A stretch of DNA of 64,000 nt from an uncultured delta proteobacterium (GCA_963755715.1 CAVWLW010000021.1:9897-73896), one strand, 5' to 3'; shown: positions 39,386 through 50,928, numbered from the stretch's first letter. Notes: generated by a model from the sequence alone, not told the origin. Program-made: numbers and translations.

Positions 39386-40506
39386 TGTCGCGATTGTTGC
39401 GCTCAAGGCCTTTCTCGTTCTCTTCATGGTGCTCAACCTGGCCGGCGTCTTGGGCTGGGTCGAGCGCAAGGGCAGCGCGCTGATTCAAGACCGCATCGGC
39501 GCCAACCGCGCTTCCATCTTCGGCTTCGCCGGCATGGGATTGGTGAATACCTTGATCGCCGATCCGCTCAAGTTTCTCACCAAAGAAGATTTCATTCCGC
39601 CGGACGGGCGACAAGCTGCTGCACACCTTGGCGCCTTGCATGGCGTTTTTTCCGGCGCTGGTCACTTTCGCGGTCATTCCCTTTGGCGATGTGCTCAACA
39701 TCGGCGAACGCGCCATCAACCTGCAAGTCGCCAATCTCAACATCGGCATTCTTTACGTCTTTGCCATGGGCTCGCTCGGTGTTTACGGCATCGTGATCGG
39801 CGCCTGGGCGTCGAACAATAAATTTTCCCTGCTCGGCGGCGTGCGCGGCTCGGCGCAAATGATCTCCTACGAAGTCGCCATGGGGCTGTCGGTGATGGGT
39901 GTGCTGATGATTTATGGCACCCTCGAGCTGCAAGAAATCGCACGCGACCAAGGCACGCTGATTCGCGAGCTATTGCCGCAATGGCTAAGCTTCTTGCGGC
40001 CGATTATCGGTTGGCTCCCCGCCTGGGGCATCTTTCTCCAGCCGTTGGGATTCTTACTCTTTTTTACTGCTGCGGTGGCGGAGACCAAACGGATTCCCTT
40101 CGACCTGCCGGAAGGCGAATCGGAGCTCGTCGCTGGTTACCACGTCGAATACTCCGGCGGTAAATTTCTCATGTTCTTTGCCGGCGAATTCGCCGAGATC
40201 GTCACTGCGGCGGGCTTGATCACCACGTTGTTCTTCGGCGGGTGGCAAGTGCCCTATCTGATGCGCGATGGATTTCACTTCCCCTGGGGCGCGGCTTGGC
40301 TGCTGCCGCATCTGGTGGTCGTCGTTCTCCAATTGGTCGCATTTACCGTGAAAGTCATCTTCTTTTGCTGGTTGCAGATTCTTTTGCGCTGGAGCGTGCC
40401 GCGTTTTCGTTACGATCAGGTGATGCGCCTCGGCTGGAAAATGATGCTGCCCGCGGCTTTACTCAACGTCGCGGTCACGGCGATCGTGATCGTCCTGGCG
40501 CAATAG
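39375..40506 (+). CDS. nuoH: NADH-quinone oxidoreductase subunit H, +1 frameshift near 39604
   Basis: ERKGSALIQDRIGANR, ADPLKFLTKED, then SNNKFSLLG, QMISYE, PFDLPEGESELVAGY, PRFRYDQ. Confidence 0.94.
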
Positions 40507-40513
40507 TCCAGTT

Positions 40514-41017
40514 ATGGATTTTTCAACATTCGTATTTTTCTTATTGGCCGGTCTCCTGGTGCTCTCGTCGCTGCTGGTGGTCTTTCTCCGCAACGTCGTG
40601 CACTGCGCTCTCGCGCTGGTCAGCGCGCTTCTAATTATCGCGATCCTGTTCGTGACTTTGCATGCGCCGATGCTCGGCGTCCTGCAGGTGATGGTCTACG
40701 CCGGCGCGATCATGGTGCTTTTTTTGTTCGTCATCATGTTTCTCAATCCCGCCGTTTTGGAGCGGGCAGGCACACTTTGGTGGAGCACGGCAACGGTGCT
40801 GGCTGTGCTGCTCGGCGGTTTGTTGGTGCCGTTATTTTTTAATAACGAGGTGGCGGGCGATCCGGTGGCGTCGACTGAATTCTTCGGCAGCCCGGAAATG
40901 CTCGCCAAAAGCCTGTTCAACGATTTTGTTCTGCCCTTCGAAATCGCTTCGGTCTTATTGTTGGTCGCGATCGTCGGCGCGGTGGTGCTGGCGAAACGGG
41001 AGCGCGTGGTCCGATGA
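40514..41017 (+). CDS. nuoJ: NADH-quinone oxidoreductase subunit J
   Basis: [34 protein letters not shown]. Confidence 0.96.
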   Translation: MDFSTFVFFLLAGLLVLSSLLVVFLRNVVHCALALVSALLIIAILFVTLHAPMLGVLQVMVYAGAIMVLFLFVIMFLNPAVLERAGTLWWSTATVLAVLLGGLLVPLFFNNEVAGDPVASTEFFGSPEMLAKSLFNDFVLPFEIASVLLLVAIVGAVVLAKRERVVR

Positions 41018-41316
41018 TGCCGCTCAATTACTATCTTATTCTGAGCGCGGTCGTTTTTGCCATCGGCGTAATCGGCGTGTTGATCCGGCGTAATTTAATC
41101 GTCGTTCTCATGTCGATCGAATTGATGCTCAACGCCGTAAACCTCACTTTCATCGCCTTCTCGCGCTATCTCGGTTCGGCGGTCGGGCAAGTCGCGGTCT
41201 TTTTTGTCCTGGCCGTGGCCGCCGCCGAAGCGGTCATCGGCCTCGCGATCATCATCTCGGTATTTCGCCAGCGCCAAAGTCTCGATCCTCAGGACATGCA
41301 GCTACTCAAATGGTAA
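41014..41316 (+). CDS. nuoK: NADH-quinone oxidoreductase subunit K
   Basis: [28 protein letters not shown]. Confidence 0.96.
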   Translation: MMPLNYYLILSAVVFAIGVIGVLIRRNLIVVLMSIELMLNAVNLTFIAFSRYLGSAVGQVAVFFVLAVAAAEAVIGLAIIISVFRQRQSLDPQDMQLLKW

Positions 41317-43235
41317 CGAACAACCTCGCCTTGGCGGACTACGATCTGCTGCGCTGGATCCCGCTGATCCCGCTACTTGCGGCTGTGTTCAATCTTTTCT
41401 GGGGCCGCGCCTTGGGCCGGAAAACCGCCGGCGCGTTGGCCTGCGCGGCGGTGGGTGCTTCGTTCGTTCTAGCGTTTTACGTTTTCTGGCAACTGCCGTC
41501 GAACGGCGTCTTCCGCGACCTGGTTTATACCTGGATCGATTCCGGTTCCTTCAAAGTGAATCTGTCGTTCCAAGTCGATGCATTGAGCGCGGTGATGCTG
41601 CTGATCGTCACCGGCATCGGCTTTCTGATTCATATTTATTCCCTCGGCTACATGGAGCATGACGAGGGGATGGTGCGTTTTTTCATTTATCTCAATCTAT
41701 TTATCTTTTTCATGCTCGTTCTCGTGATCGGCGACAATCTCCTAACGCTCTTTGTCGGCTGGGAAGGCGTCGGCCTTTGCTCCTATCTCCTGATCGGTTT
41801 TTGGTATCAGGATCCCAACAACGCGATCGCCGGCAACAAAGCCTTCATCGTCAACCGCATCGGCGATTTTGGTTTTCTTCTGGGAATTTTTCTTCTGGTC
41901 ACGGAGCTCGGCCGCCAGGGGATTTGGACGCTCGATTTCCTCGAATTGCAAAAGCATGCATCAATGCTCAGTCCGCATGTCATCGGCGTCATCACCTTGT
42001 TGCTCTTCATCGGCGCCACCGGCAAATCGGCGCAGCTCCCGCTCTTTGTCTGGCTGCCCGACGCCATGGCCGGCCCGACGCCGGTGAGCGCGTTGATCCA
42101 CGCGGCCACCATGGTCACCGCCGGTGTTTATATGACTGCGCGGCTGCATTTTCTTTTTGCTCTGGCGCCGTCGACTCTAGCGCTGATCGCTTGGATTGGC
42201 GCCGCCACGGCATTCTTCGCGGCAACGATCGCGCTGACGCAAAACGATATTAAGAAGGTCTTGGCTTATTCCACCGTGAGCCAGCTCGGCTATATGTTCC
42301 TCGCCGTCGGTATGGGCGCATTCGGCGCGGCGATCTTCCATGTTTTCACCCACGCGTTTTTCAAGGCTTGCTTATTTCTCGGCTCGGGTAGCGTCATCCA
42401 TGCTCTGGACGGCGAACAAGATATGCGCCGCATGGGCGGGCTCAAGGCGCATATGCCCACGACCTACTGGACTTACGTCGTAGCGACGTTGGCGATCGCC
42501 GGCGCGCCTTTTACGGCAGGTTTTTTCTCCAAGGATTTAATTTTGTGGCAAGCCTTCAGCCACGGCGCGATGGCGCTCTGGGCAATCGGCGTGATTACGG
42601 CGGGCATGACGGCTTTTTACATGTTTCGCCAATTGTTCATGGTGTTTCACGGCGAGTGCCGCGCCGATGCTCATGCCAAGGCGCATCTTCATGAGTCACC
42701 CGCGGTGATGACCCTGCCGTTGATCGTACTTGCGATCGGTTCGGTCTTCACCGGTTGGTTGGGCGCGCCGGAATATCTCTGGGGCAGCCGCTGGGAGCAT
42801 TGGTTGGCCGCCGTATTCGGCGCGGCTGAAGGCCATCACGCTTCGGTGAGCACGGAAATCGTCGTGACTCTGCTCACGCTTGGCGTGGTCGCCGTCGGCA
42901 TTTACCTGGCCTACTTAAAATATGGACGCGCCGGGAGCGCAGTCGAGCAAAAAGATTTAGCGGGCGGCTTGCTCTATCAACTTTCGCTCAACAAATACTA
43001 CGTCGATGAGATTTACGATTATGTTTTTGTCCGGCCGTTTACGGCGTGCTCTCGTTTTTTTGCCGAGTTCATCGATCCTTGGGTGATCGACGGCACGGTC
43101 AACGGCGTGGCCGCGCTCGTGCGCTGGTCAAGTCAGGTCTGGCGTGGCGTCCAGACAGGCAACGTGCAACATTATGCGGCGGGACTGCTGCTTGGCACCC
43201 TGGCCCTGCTCGCCTATTACCTCGGTCAATCTTAG
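41310..43235 (+). CDS. nuoL: NADH-quinone oxidoreductase subunit L
   Basis: [48 protein letters not shown]. Confidence 0.97.
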   Translation: MVTNNLALADYDLLRWIPLIPLLAAVFNLFWGRALGRKTAGALACAAVGASFVLAFYVFWQLPSNGVFRDLVYTWIDSGSFKVNLSFQVDALSAVMLLIVTGIGFLIHIYSLGYMEHDEGMVRFFIYLNLFIFFMLVLVIGDNLLTLFVGWEGVGLCSYLLIGFWYQDPNNAIAGNKAFIVNRIGDFGFLLGIFLLVTELGRQGIWTLDFLELQKHASMLSPHVIGVITLLLFIGATGKSAQLPLFVWLPDAMAGPTPVSALIHAATMVTAGVYMTARLHFLFALAPSTLALIAWIGAATAFFAATIALTQNDIKKVLAYSTVSQLGYMFLAVGMGAFGAAIFHVFTHAFFKACLFLGSGSVIHALDGEQDMRRMGGLKAHMPTTYWTYVVATLAIAGAPFTAGFFSKDLILWQAFSHGAMALWAIGVITAGMTAFYMFRQLFMVFHGECRADAHAKAHLHESPAVMTLPLIVLAIGSVFTGWLGAPEYLWGSRWEHWLAAVFGAAEGHHASVSTEIVVTLLTLGVVAVGIYLAYLKYGRAGSAVEQKDLAGGLLYQLSLNKYYVDEIYDYVFVRPFTACSRFFAEFIDPWVIDGTVNGVAALVRWSSQVWRGVQTGNVQHYAAGLLLGTLALLAYYLGQS

Positions 43236-43237
43236 TT

Positions 43238-44788
43238 ATGTTCGGCCTCGCGATCGGTCATCTGAGTATTTTGCTGGCGATCCCGGTGCTCGGCGCGGGG
43301 CTGCTGATCTTCATGCCGCGCCGGCAAACACACGCGCTCTTCGCCGTCGCGCTGTTCGCGAGCGCGCTCAACTTTCTCTGGTCGGTGAAAATTTTCGCCT
43401 TGTTCGACGGCACTAACGGTGACATGCAACTGGTCGAAAGCCTTCGATGGATGCCCAGTTTCGGCATCAACTACATCGTCGGCATCGACGGCATCAGCCT
43501 GTTTCTGGTTTTGCTGACGACCTTGCTCACGCCGATCGCCATCCTCGCGTCCTGGTCGGTGCAAGACAAAGTCAAAGAATATTTGATCTTCATGCTGCTG
43601 CTGGAGACCGGCATGCTCGGCGCTTTCGTGGCGCTGGATCTTTTTCTATTTTACGTTTTCTGGGAAGTCATGCTGGTGCCGATGTATTTTTTAATCGGCG
43701 TGTGGGGCGGGACGCGGCGCATTTATGCCGCGCTGAAATTCGTCGTCTACACGATGGCGGGCAGCCTGTTGATGTTGGTGGCGATCATCTATCTGGCGAC
43801 CCGCCACGCGCAGACCGACCAAGCGCTCACTTTCGATTTGCTGAAACTCTACGGACTCCATCTGCCGATGGAGCAACAAATGTGGCTCTTTCTCGCCTTC
43901 GCTTTGTCGTTCGCGATCAAGGTGCCGCTGTTTCCCTTTCACACCTGGCTACCCGACGCTCACGTCGAAGCGCCGACGGCGGGCTCGGTGATCCTTGCCG
44001 GCGTGCTGCTCAAGCTCGGCACCTATGGTTTTCTCCGCTTTGCCATGCCGCTTTTTCCTGACGCGGCTATGGCCGCAGCCCCGGTCATTACGGCTTTAGC
44101 CGTGATCGGCATCATTTACGGCGCGGTGGTGGCAATGATGCAGAGCGATATCAAAAAGCTCGTCGCGTATTCCTCGGTCAGTCATCTCGGTTTTGTCATG
44201 CTCGGCTTGTTCGCACTGAATATTCAAGGCGTTCAGGGCGGTATTTACCAGATGATCAATCACGGGCTTTCCACCGGCGCCCTGTTTCTGTTGGTCGGGA
44301 TGATCTACGATCGGCGTCATACAAGGGCGATCGCTGAATTCGGTGGCTTGTGGAAACAGCTGCCGATATTTTCCGCTGTCCTTCTGGTGGTGACGTTCTC
44401 TTCGATCGGTTTGCCGGGCCTGAACGGCTTCGTCGGCGAGTTTCTTATCTTGCTCGGTTCTTTTAGCGTAACGCCGCTGTGGACCGCGGCGGCCGCGACC
44501 GGCGTCATTCTCGGTGCGATTTACATGCTCTGGATGGTTCGCCGGGTTATCTTCGGTCCGCTGTCCAACGCTGCAAATGAAAAATTGGCGGATTTAAATG
44601 CCCGGGAAATTTGTCTGCTTGCGCCGATTCTATTCTTGATCGTGCTGATGGGTGTTTACCCGCAGCCGTTTTTGCGGCGCATGCAACCGGCGGTCGAATC
44701 GACCTTGAAGAGAATGGCTGCGGTCAGCACCGCGCCCGTGGTGGCCGATCACGGATCCAGCGAAGAGACCGAGAGCAATGGACGTTAA
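43238..44788 (+). CDS. nuoM: NADH-quinone oxidoreductase subunit M
   Basis: FWEVMLVPMYFLIGVWG, IKVPLFPFHTWLPDAHVEAP, AYSSVSH; start at the ATG at 43238. Confidence 0.97.
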   Translation: MFGLAIGHLSILLAIPVLGAGLLIFMPRRQTHALFAVALFASALNFLWSVKIFALFDGTNGDMQLVESLRWMPSFGINYIVGIDGISLFLVLLTTLLTPIAILASWSVQDKVKEYLIFMLLLETGMLGAFVALDLFLFYVFWEVMLVPMYFLIGVWGGTRRIYAALKFVVYTMAGSLLMLVAIIYLATRHAQTDQALTFDLLKLYGLHLPMEQQMWLFLAFALSFAIKVPLFPFHTWLPDAHVEAPTAGSVILAGVLLKLGTYGFLRFAMPLFPDAAMAAAPVITALAVIGIIYGAVVAMMQSDIKKLVAYSSVSHLGFVMLGLFALNIQGVQGGIYQMINHGLSTGALFLLVGMIYDRRHTRAIAEFGGLWKQLPIFSAVLLVVTFSSIGLPGLNGFVGEFLILLGSFSVTPLWTAAAATGVILGAIYMLWMVRRVIFGPLSNAANEKLADLNAREICLLAPILFLIVLMGVYPQPFLRRMQPAVESTLKRMAAVSTAPVVADHGSSEETESNGR

Positions 44789-46220
44789 TCTCCTGCCGCT
44801 CCTCCCGGCCATACAGGTGCTGGTCACAGCGCTGGTCGTCCTGGTGCGCGATTTATTTATCGACGAACATGAGCCCAAGGGTTACTTGGCGTTTATCAGT
44901 CTGCTCGGCATCGGTCTTGCCGTCGCCGAGGCTCTCCTGCTTTGGGGCGGACAGGAAAGCGCTTTTGGCGAGAGTATTGTCCTCGATAGCTTTGCGCTCT
45001 ATTTTTCGCTGATTTTTTTGCTGGCGGCCGCGCTCACGATTCTCTCGGCGATCCACTATCTGCGCCAGACCGGTATCCATGAAGGCGAATTTTACGCGCT
45101 GATTCTTTTCGCGACGGTCGGCATGATAATCATGGCCGCCGCCAACGATTTGTTGGTTTTTTTTCTCGGCTTGGAAACCATGTCCATCGCCGTTTACGTG
45201 CTGACCGGCATGTGGCGCGCGAGCGCTCGCTCCAGCGAAGCGGCGATGAAGTATTTTATCATGGGCGCTTTTGCCACCGGGTTTCTCCTCTACGGCATCG
45301 CGTTGATCTACGGTGCCACCGGCTCGACGAACCTCAATTTGATCGCCGACTTTCTCATCGAACAGCCGAGCGATTGGCCGCTTTATTTGATCGGCGGCGG
45401 GTTTCTCTTGCTGGTCGGCTTCGCATTCAAAGTCGGCGCCGTGCCGTTTCATTTCTGGGTGCCGGACGTCTATGAAGGCGCGCCCACACCAGTCACCGGA
45501 TTTATGGCCGTCGCCGTCAAGGCCGCGGCGTTTGCCGCCTGGGCGCGCATCCTGCTTCACAAGTTCTCGCCGCTCGACACGGACTGGGTTTTCCCCCTGT
45601 GGGTGATTGCCATCGCCACGATGACATTCGGCAACCTACTAGCAATCACCCAAACCAGCGTGAAGCGCATGCTGGCTTACTCCAGTATCGCCCATGCGGG
45701 TTACCTGCTGATCGCCATCGTCGTCGGCGAAGAATGGGGCGGCCTGCCGCTGGTCTTTTATGTGGCGACTTACGCCTTCATGACGCTCGGCGCTTTCGCG
45801 GTGTTGACCTGCGTGGCGGACGGCGATGCGCTCAACGAGAGCTATCGTGATTTTGCCGGATTAGGATTCAAACGACCCTTTCTCGGCTTGGCCATGTCGC
45901 TGTTTATGTTGTCCCTCGCCGGTTTTCCGCCGCTCGCCGGTTTCGCCGGGAAATTTTATATTTTCCGCGGCGCGGTGCTGTCCGGCCATCTCGGCTTGGC
46001 GATTATCGGCGTGCTGAACAGTCTGCTCTCCGTGATTTACTATCTGCGAGTTATCGTCGCCATGTATATGGAAGAAGGTGGCGCCGCGGGCAAGAGCTTC
46101 GCTCAAGCGCCGTACGTTTACATCGCGATCGCTCTCGCGGTGATCGGCACGATTTATCTGGGAGTCCTGCCGGCGACGGCTCTCGACTGGAGCCGCGTGG
46201 CGTTTTCTTCCCTGGAGTGA
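44778..46220 (+). CDS. nuoN: NADH-quinone oxidoreductase subunit N
   Basis: EAAMKYF, FKVGAVPFHFWVPDVYEGAP, KRMLAYSSIAH. Confidence 0.97.
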   Translation: MDVNLLPLLPAIQVLVTALVVLVRDLFIDEHEPKGYLAFISLLGIGLAVAEALLLWGGQESAFGESIVLDSFALYFSLIFLLAAALTILSAIHYLRQTGIHEGEFYALILFATVGMIIMAAANDLLVFFLGLETMSIAVYVLTGMWRASARSSEAAMKYFIMGAFATGFLLYGIALIYGATGSTNLNLIADFLIEQPSDWPLYLIGGGFLLLVGFAFKVGAVPFHFWVPDVYEGAPTPVTGFMAVAVKAAAFAAWARILLHKFSPLDTDWVFPLWVIAIATMTFGNLLAITQTSVKRMLAYSSIAHAGYLLIAIVVGEEWGGLPLVFYVATYAFMTLGAFAVLTCVADGDALNESYRDFAGLGFKRPFLGLAMSLFMLSLAGFPPLAGFAGKFYIFRGAVLSGHLGLAIIGVLNSLLSVIYYLRVIVAMYMEEGGAAGKSFAQAPYVYIAIALAVIGTIYLGVLPATALDWSRVAFSSLE

Positions 46221-46237
46221 GGTTCGCTCTGCCGCGG

Positions 46238-47074
46238 TCAATGGGGTTTGAGAAAAAAACCGATGCCGACGGGCACTTCCGCGGTGCCGGGCAGCCAGTC
46301 TTCGAATTTTCCCGACCTGACGTAAAGCTGAGCCGAACCGCCGCCGTCGAGGTTCAAAAGTTCTGGCGTTTCTAACTGCCATTTTGAGTTGGTGAAGATT
46401 TCTTGCAACTCGGAGAAACTCAATCCGCCAATCAACGCGTCAGTTACGCCGACGATAATCTGTCCCTGCTTGTCGATGCCGATCACGGCTCGGCGCGCGT
46501 AACGCCCGAGTCCGCTGGTGATTTCCACCGGTGCGCCGCGATGCAACAACAGCGGTCCGGATTGGAGCGCTTCGCTGGCCTGAGCCGGCTGAAACTCGTC
46601 GCGATGCGTCACGAACGGCCCTGACTCGCCGATGCCGAAGACGCCGGTATACAAGGCATGTTTGGAAATGGTGCGATTGATTTCCTGCGCTGCGCTCTTG
46701 AGATAGGCCAGAGGCCGGCCCTTCTCATCGAAGTAGTTGGCGTTGATCGCCGCGATCGCGCCGCTTTTCTCGGCGAAGGTTTTTGCGCTGGCGCTTTTCA
46801 GTTGCCATTGTCCGGCAGTCAAAACACGCGGAATGATGATTTGGCTGTCGAAGCGCAACAATCTGAGCTCAAGCGTATAGCTCGGCTCGGAGCGTTCCAG
46901 CGCGACGGTGCGGAGCGCGACGCCTTTTTGCAGCGTCCGCCAGTGGCCGGCATCCATGACTGAGAGCGTCGTTCCGACCGACGGTTTTGCCGGCGTCTGC
47001 GAGCGGACCCACTCGACCGGGAACAACAGCACTGTCGAGACCAAGCTGATGAATAAAAGCCGTCGTGCAATCAT
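46238..47074 (-). CDS. Exported phosphodiester glycosidase (NAGPA/DUF2233) family protein
   Basis: AINANYF, QSGPLL, ARRAVIGI, LNLDGGGS. Confidence 0.85.
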   Translation of the reverse strand: MIARRLLFISLVSTVLLFPVEWVRSQTPAKPSVGTTLSVMDAGHWRTLQKGVALRTVALERSEPSYTLELRLLRFDSQIIIPRVLTAGQWQLKSASAKTFAEKSGAIAAINANYFDEKGRPLAYLKSAAQEINRTISKHALYTGVFGIGESGPFVTHRDEFQPAQASEALQSGPLLLHRGAPVEITSGLGRYARRAVIGIDKQGQIIVGVTDALIGGLSFSELQEIFTNSKWQLETPELLNLDGGGSAQLYVRSGKFEDWLPGTAEVPVGIGFFLKPH

Positions 47075-47204
47075 GGCTGGTTCAAGATTAGCAAATGGCG
47101 TCGAAAAAAAAAGCTAAAAACTTTTCCGATGGAGCGCGCAGCTTGCGTCCTCGCGGTGATTGCTGATAACTATTTTGAAATAACATCGGCTTAGGGAGGC
47201 AACC

Positions 47205-47421
47205 ATGAAACGATATATTTATGTGATGATTCTTTGCCGGCCTGCTCGGCGGCGTTTCGGCCTGCGGCGATAAAAAGGATACCGCGGCGCGGGATCAAGA
47301 AGTGCAAAAGGTGATGCAGGAAGGCATGCAAAAGGAGAAATCGATGATGGAAGGCATGCAAAAGGGCGTCGAGAATATGGAGAAGAAGGCGACGGAACCA
47401 AAGGAAGAGGCGAAAAAGTAG
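47205..47421 (+). CDS. Small Met/Lys/Glu-rich lipoprotein (not in the ORF track; +1 frameshift in the signal peptide)
   Basis: GGGAGG RBS; MKRYIYVMI joins FAGLLGGVSA-C-GDKKD...VMQEGMQKEKSMMEGMQKG...* after removing one base. Confidence 0.65.
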
Positions 47422-47460
47422 TCGCAGTCTCTGTCGGTTGCAATTCTACCCGGAGCGCTA

Positions 47461-47778
47461 TCAATCGCGGCGCCTGATCTCGAACACCACCCGATCCATG
47501 AGCGGCGGTGAATCCCGCAATGTAAGGATTTGCCGCCGCAAGTCCGCGTCGACCACTTGTGTCACGGTACACGGGAGCGTCTCTCCTTTCACCCGGAGCT
47601 CGACAATCGGATTCTGAAGCATATTCTGACACCAGTGCTTGCCCTGGACGCGAGCCGATGATGCATAAAAGCATCCTTGGTAGTAGACAAAGCGAAGCTC
47701 CACGCGGCGCGGCTGTCCAGTCTTGCGTCCGGTCGTGGTCACATGCGCGACTACTGATGATCCGTCTTTTAGATTCAT
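47461..47778 (-). CDS. Deazaflavin (F420)-dependent nitroreductase-like / DUF385 split beta-barrel protein
   Basis: VTTTGRKTGQPR and WCQNMLQNPIVELRV motifs. Confidence 0.75.
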   Translation of the reverse strand: MNLKDGSSVVAHVTTTGRKTGQPRRVELRFVYYQGCFYASSARVQGKHWCQNMLQNPIVELRVKGETLPCTVTQVVDADLRRQILTLRDSPPLMDRVVFEIRRRD

Positions 47779-47946
47779 GGGCGTAAATATAGGGTGATGC
47801 GTAGTTTGAAACAAGCGAGCTTAATGCTCGGATCTAACGAGCTATGCCGATATCACGATCGCCTTGACTCGTTCGAGTGGGCAAGGATAAGCTTGGCGGA
47901 ATTTGATTAACAATCGGCGCGAGCCAAATTTCGTCGGAGGCGAATC

Positions 47947-48771
47947 ATGGCGACAAAGAAATCGACGGGAATCAATCCGACAATGGTCAAATACGGCGGC
48001 GGCATCAGCGCGGTGCGCGCTTTACCGAAGGCCAAGGGCAAGCGTCCGGCGGTTATCATTCTGCACGAACGCTACGGCATCGATCAGCATACGAAAGATT
48101 TAACGGTCAAATTGGCTCAGGCGGGCTTCGTCGGCCTGGCGCCCGATTTGTTTCATCGTTTCGCCGGCGATCGTAAAGCAGTCTTGCGCGGCGAGCAGAG
48201 GGTCGATCTGACCGACGACGGCGCGCTGGAGGATTTGAACGGCGCGGTGGAATACCTGAAAAAACTGAAAGAAGTCGACGGCGCGCGGATTGGCATCATC
48301 GGCGTTTGCCAAACCGGTCGGCAACCGGTGCTGTTGGCGGCGAAACGAAATGACGTCGCGGGCGCGGTGGTGCTTTACGGCGCTGTCGGCGGCCGGGAGT
48401 GGCAGGGCAACGAGCTCCGCCCGACGCCGATCGAAGAGTTGATCGCGCAGGTGAATTGTCCCGTGCTCGGGGTCTTCGGCGAAGCCGACCACATCATCTC
48501 CCTCGACGATGTCCTACGGTTTCGCAACTGCTTGGAAAAGTCGAAGAAGAATTATCATATTCGCGTTTATCCCGGCGCACCGCACGGCTGGCTGAACGAC
48601 ACCATGCCGGGGCGCTACCGCAAGGACGCGGCGAAGGACGCCTGGAGCCTGATGATGTCGTTTCTAAAGCAATGCTTTGCCGGAGGCTGGAGCAAGGATA
48701 AGATCGTCGGCAAGTACGAAAGCGAATACTCAGCGAATTACGATTTCTCCAAAAACGTTCGGCTCGAATAG
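47947..48771 (+). CDS. Dienelactone hydrolase family protein
   Basis: LHERYG, APDLF, GVCQTG (Cys nucleophile), GEADH, YPGAPHGW. Confidence 0.9.
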   Translation: MATKKSTGINPTMVKYGGGISAVRALPKAKGKRPAVIILHERYGIDQHTKDLTVKLAQAGFVGLAPDLFHRFAGDRKAVLRGEQRVDLTDDGALEDLNGAVEYLKKLKEVDGARIGIIGVCQTGRQPVLLAAKRNDVAGAVVLYGAVGGREWQGNELRPTPIEELIAQVNCPVLGVFGEADHIISLDDVLRFRNCLEKSKKNYHIRVYPGAPHGWLNDTMPGRYRKDAAKDAWSLMMSFLKQCFAGGWSKDKIVGKYESEYSANYDFSKNVRLE

Positions 48772-48788
48772 GAGATCCGCTTGCGGCC

Positions 48789-49757
48789 ATGAAAAGAAAA
48801 CGAATTTTTCATCGACTTCGATTCGCGATTTTCTGCAGCTTGGTTATGACAGTGTCATCGCTCGGCTCGCCGTCATTGCTGCAAGCCGAACGCGTGACCA
48901 TCGCGACACCGAGCCGCGGTCTGTTCGAATTTCCCGTCGTCGTCGCCACGCGCAAGGGATTTTATAAAAGCGAAGGGATCGACGTGGACAAAGTTCAGAT
49001 GCAGCCGGCCGTCGGCGTCAAAGCTTTAATCTCCGGCGATGTCGATTATTTGCTCGCTTGGGGATCGGCGCTACGCGCGGCGGTGACCGGCGTCCCCATC
49101 AAAGCCGTGGTCGGCATCGCCGGCCGGCCCTTGCATGTCCTGGTTGCCCGCCCTGAAATCAAGACGCCAAAAGACCTGAAAGGAAAAGTGATCGGCGTCG
49201 ACTCGGTTGCCGGCACGGTGGATTACCTTTCGCGAGTCGCCGTGCGCCATTTTGGCTTCGAGCCGGAGAAGGACGTAAAGATCATCGTCACCGGCGAAAG
49301 CCCGACGCGCTTGGCTGCGCTGCACGCCGGCTCGATCGATGCGACGGCGATCGATGTCGCCTTTGCCGTGAAGGCCGAAGACGAAGGTTTTAGGCGACTC
49401 GTTTATCTCGGAGACCTCATCGAATTGCCGTTGTCGGGTATGGCGGTCACGGACCATAAGCTCCAAACCCAGAGGGATCAAGTGAGACGAGTCGTGCGTG
49501 CCACGGTGCGCGGCACGCGCTACTTGAAGCAGAATCGGAGCGAGATGGTGCAGATGCTTGCCGATTATCTGCATATTACGCCGGGGCAGGCGGCCAGAGC
49601 CTACGACGCCTCGATCAACTCGTTCAGCGACGACGGCACGATTTCCGACAAAGGCGTGCAGCTGGACGTGCAGCTTACGAAAGAAAGACTCAAGCTGACC
49701 AAGGATATTCCGTTGAGCCAATTGGTGGATTGGAGTTTGGTGAAGGAGATAAAATAA
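48789..49757 (+). CDS. NMT1/THI5-like ABC substrate-binding protein (orphan)
   Basis: KGFYKSEGID, ALISGDVD, IKTPKDLKGKVIGV. Confidence 0.88.
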   Translation: MKRKRIFHRLRFAIFCSLVMTVSSLGSPSLLQAERVTIATPSRGLFEFPVVVATRKGFYKSEGIDVDKVQMQPAVGVKALISGDVDYLLAWGSALRAAVTGVPIKAVVGIAGRPLHVLVARPEIKTPKDLKGKVIGVDSVAGTVDYLSRVAVRHFGFEPEKDVKIIVTGESPTRLAALHAGSIDATAIDVAFAVKAEDEGFRRLVYLGDLIELPLSGMAVTDHKLQTQRDQVRRVVRATVRGTRYLKQNRSEMVQMLADYLHITPGQAARAYDASINSFSDDGTISDKGVQLDVQLTKERLKLTKDIPLSQLVDWSLVKEIK

Positions 49758-49884
49758 GAACTGGTTTTGCTTTACGTCAATATGTTTGTGATGTGCTGCC
49801 GATTTGGATCATTCAGATGCGCTGTTAAAGATCTTAGAATTTAATACCGGCTGAAAGCGGTAATGGCATTACGAGGGAATTTTC

Positions 49885-50271
49885 ATGTTAACAGGTTCAT
49901 GTCTCTGTGGCGGCGTTCGATATGAAATCGACGGTGAGCTTGGCGCGGTGACTAATTGTCATTGCAGTCTCTGCCGTAAGATGTCGGGATCGGCTTTTTC
50001 GAGTGGGTCGACGATTCCGACGGCTTCGTTCCGTTTTGTCGCCGGTGAAGATTTGCTCAAGCAGTGGGAATCGTCGCCGGGTTATCATCGCGTGTTTTGC
50101 GGGCGCTGCGGATCACCGATTCTAAAGAAAAAAGATAAAGACCCTGAACACCTTCGCTTCCGTCCGGGAACTTTGGACAGCGATCCTGGGGTGAAAGCAT
50201 CAAAGCACATTCATGTTGGATCGAAAGCACCGTGGGTGGAAATCAAAGACGGCTTGCCGCAGTCCGAATAA
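49885..50271 (+). CDS. GFA/CENP-V family Zn protein
   Basis: [21 protein letters not shown]. Confidence 0.93.
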   Translation: MLTGSCLCGGVRYEIDGELGAVTNCHCSLCRKMSGSAFSSGSTIPTASFRFVAGEDLLKQWESSPGYHRVFCGRCGSPILKKKDKDPEHLRFRPGTLDSDPGVKASKHIHVGSKAPWVEIKDGLPQSE

Positions 50272-50273
50272 GG

Positions 50274-50928
50274 ATGCAGAAGGCGCCTGTCAGTGACCAG
50301 AGTTCACAAGCGACGTCTCCGCAATCAGCTCTCGTTAGCTCGGCCTTGAAGCTTCCCCGCGCATTCTACGAACAAAAGACCATCAGCGTCGCCAAGCAAT
50401 TGTTGGGCAAATATTTGATCCGCAAACATCCGCAAGGCGACACGGTCGGTCGTATCGTCGAAACCGAAGCTTACATCGGACCGCAGGATTTGGCGTGTCA
50501 CGCGGCGAAAGGACGAACGGCGCGCACGGAAGTGATGTTCGGTCAGGCCGGTCATGCCTACGTCTATTTCATCTATGGTGTTTTACAACATGCTCAATCT
50601 GGTCACCGAGAAAAAGGAGTATCCAGCGGCGGTCTTGATCCGCGCGGTGGAGCCGGTGGACGGTGTCGATTTAATGAAATCCCGCAGGGGACTCGATAAA
50701 CTGCGCGAGCTCGCCAGCGGGCCGGGAAAACTTTGCCAGGCCTTCGCCATCGACCGCTCGCTCAACGGCGCCGATCTGTTCGGCGACGTCCTTTACGTCG
50801 AGGATCGCGGCGAGCCGGTGCCGAAATTTAACGCCACGCCGCGCATCGGCGTCGACTACGCCGGCAAGTGGAAAGATAAACCGTATCGGTTCCTCGTTCG
50901 GAATAGCGAATATGTTTCGAAAATCTAA
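50274..50928 (+). CDS. mpg: DNA-3-methyladenine glycosylase (MPG/AAG family), +1 frameshift near 50580
   Basis: [16 protein letters not shown], then [27 protein letters not shown]. Confidence 0.92.
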
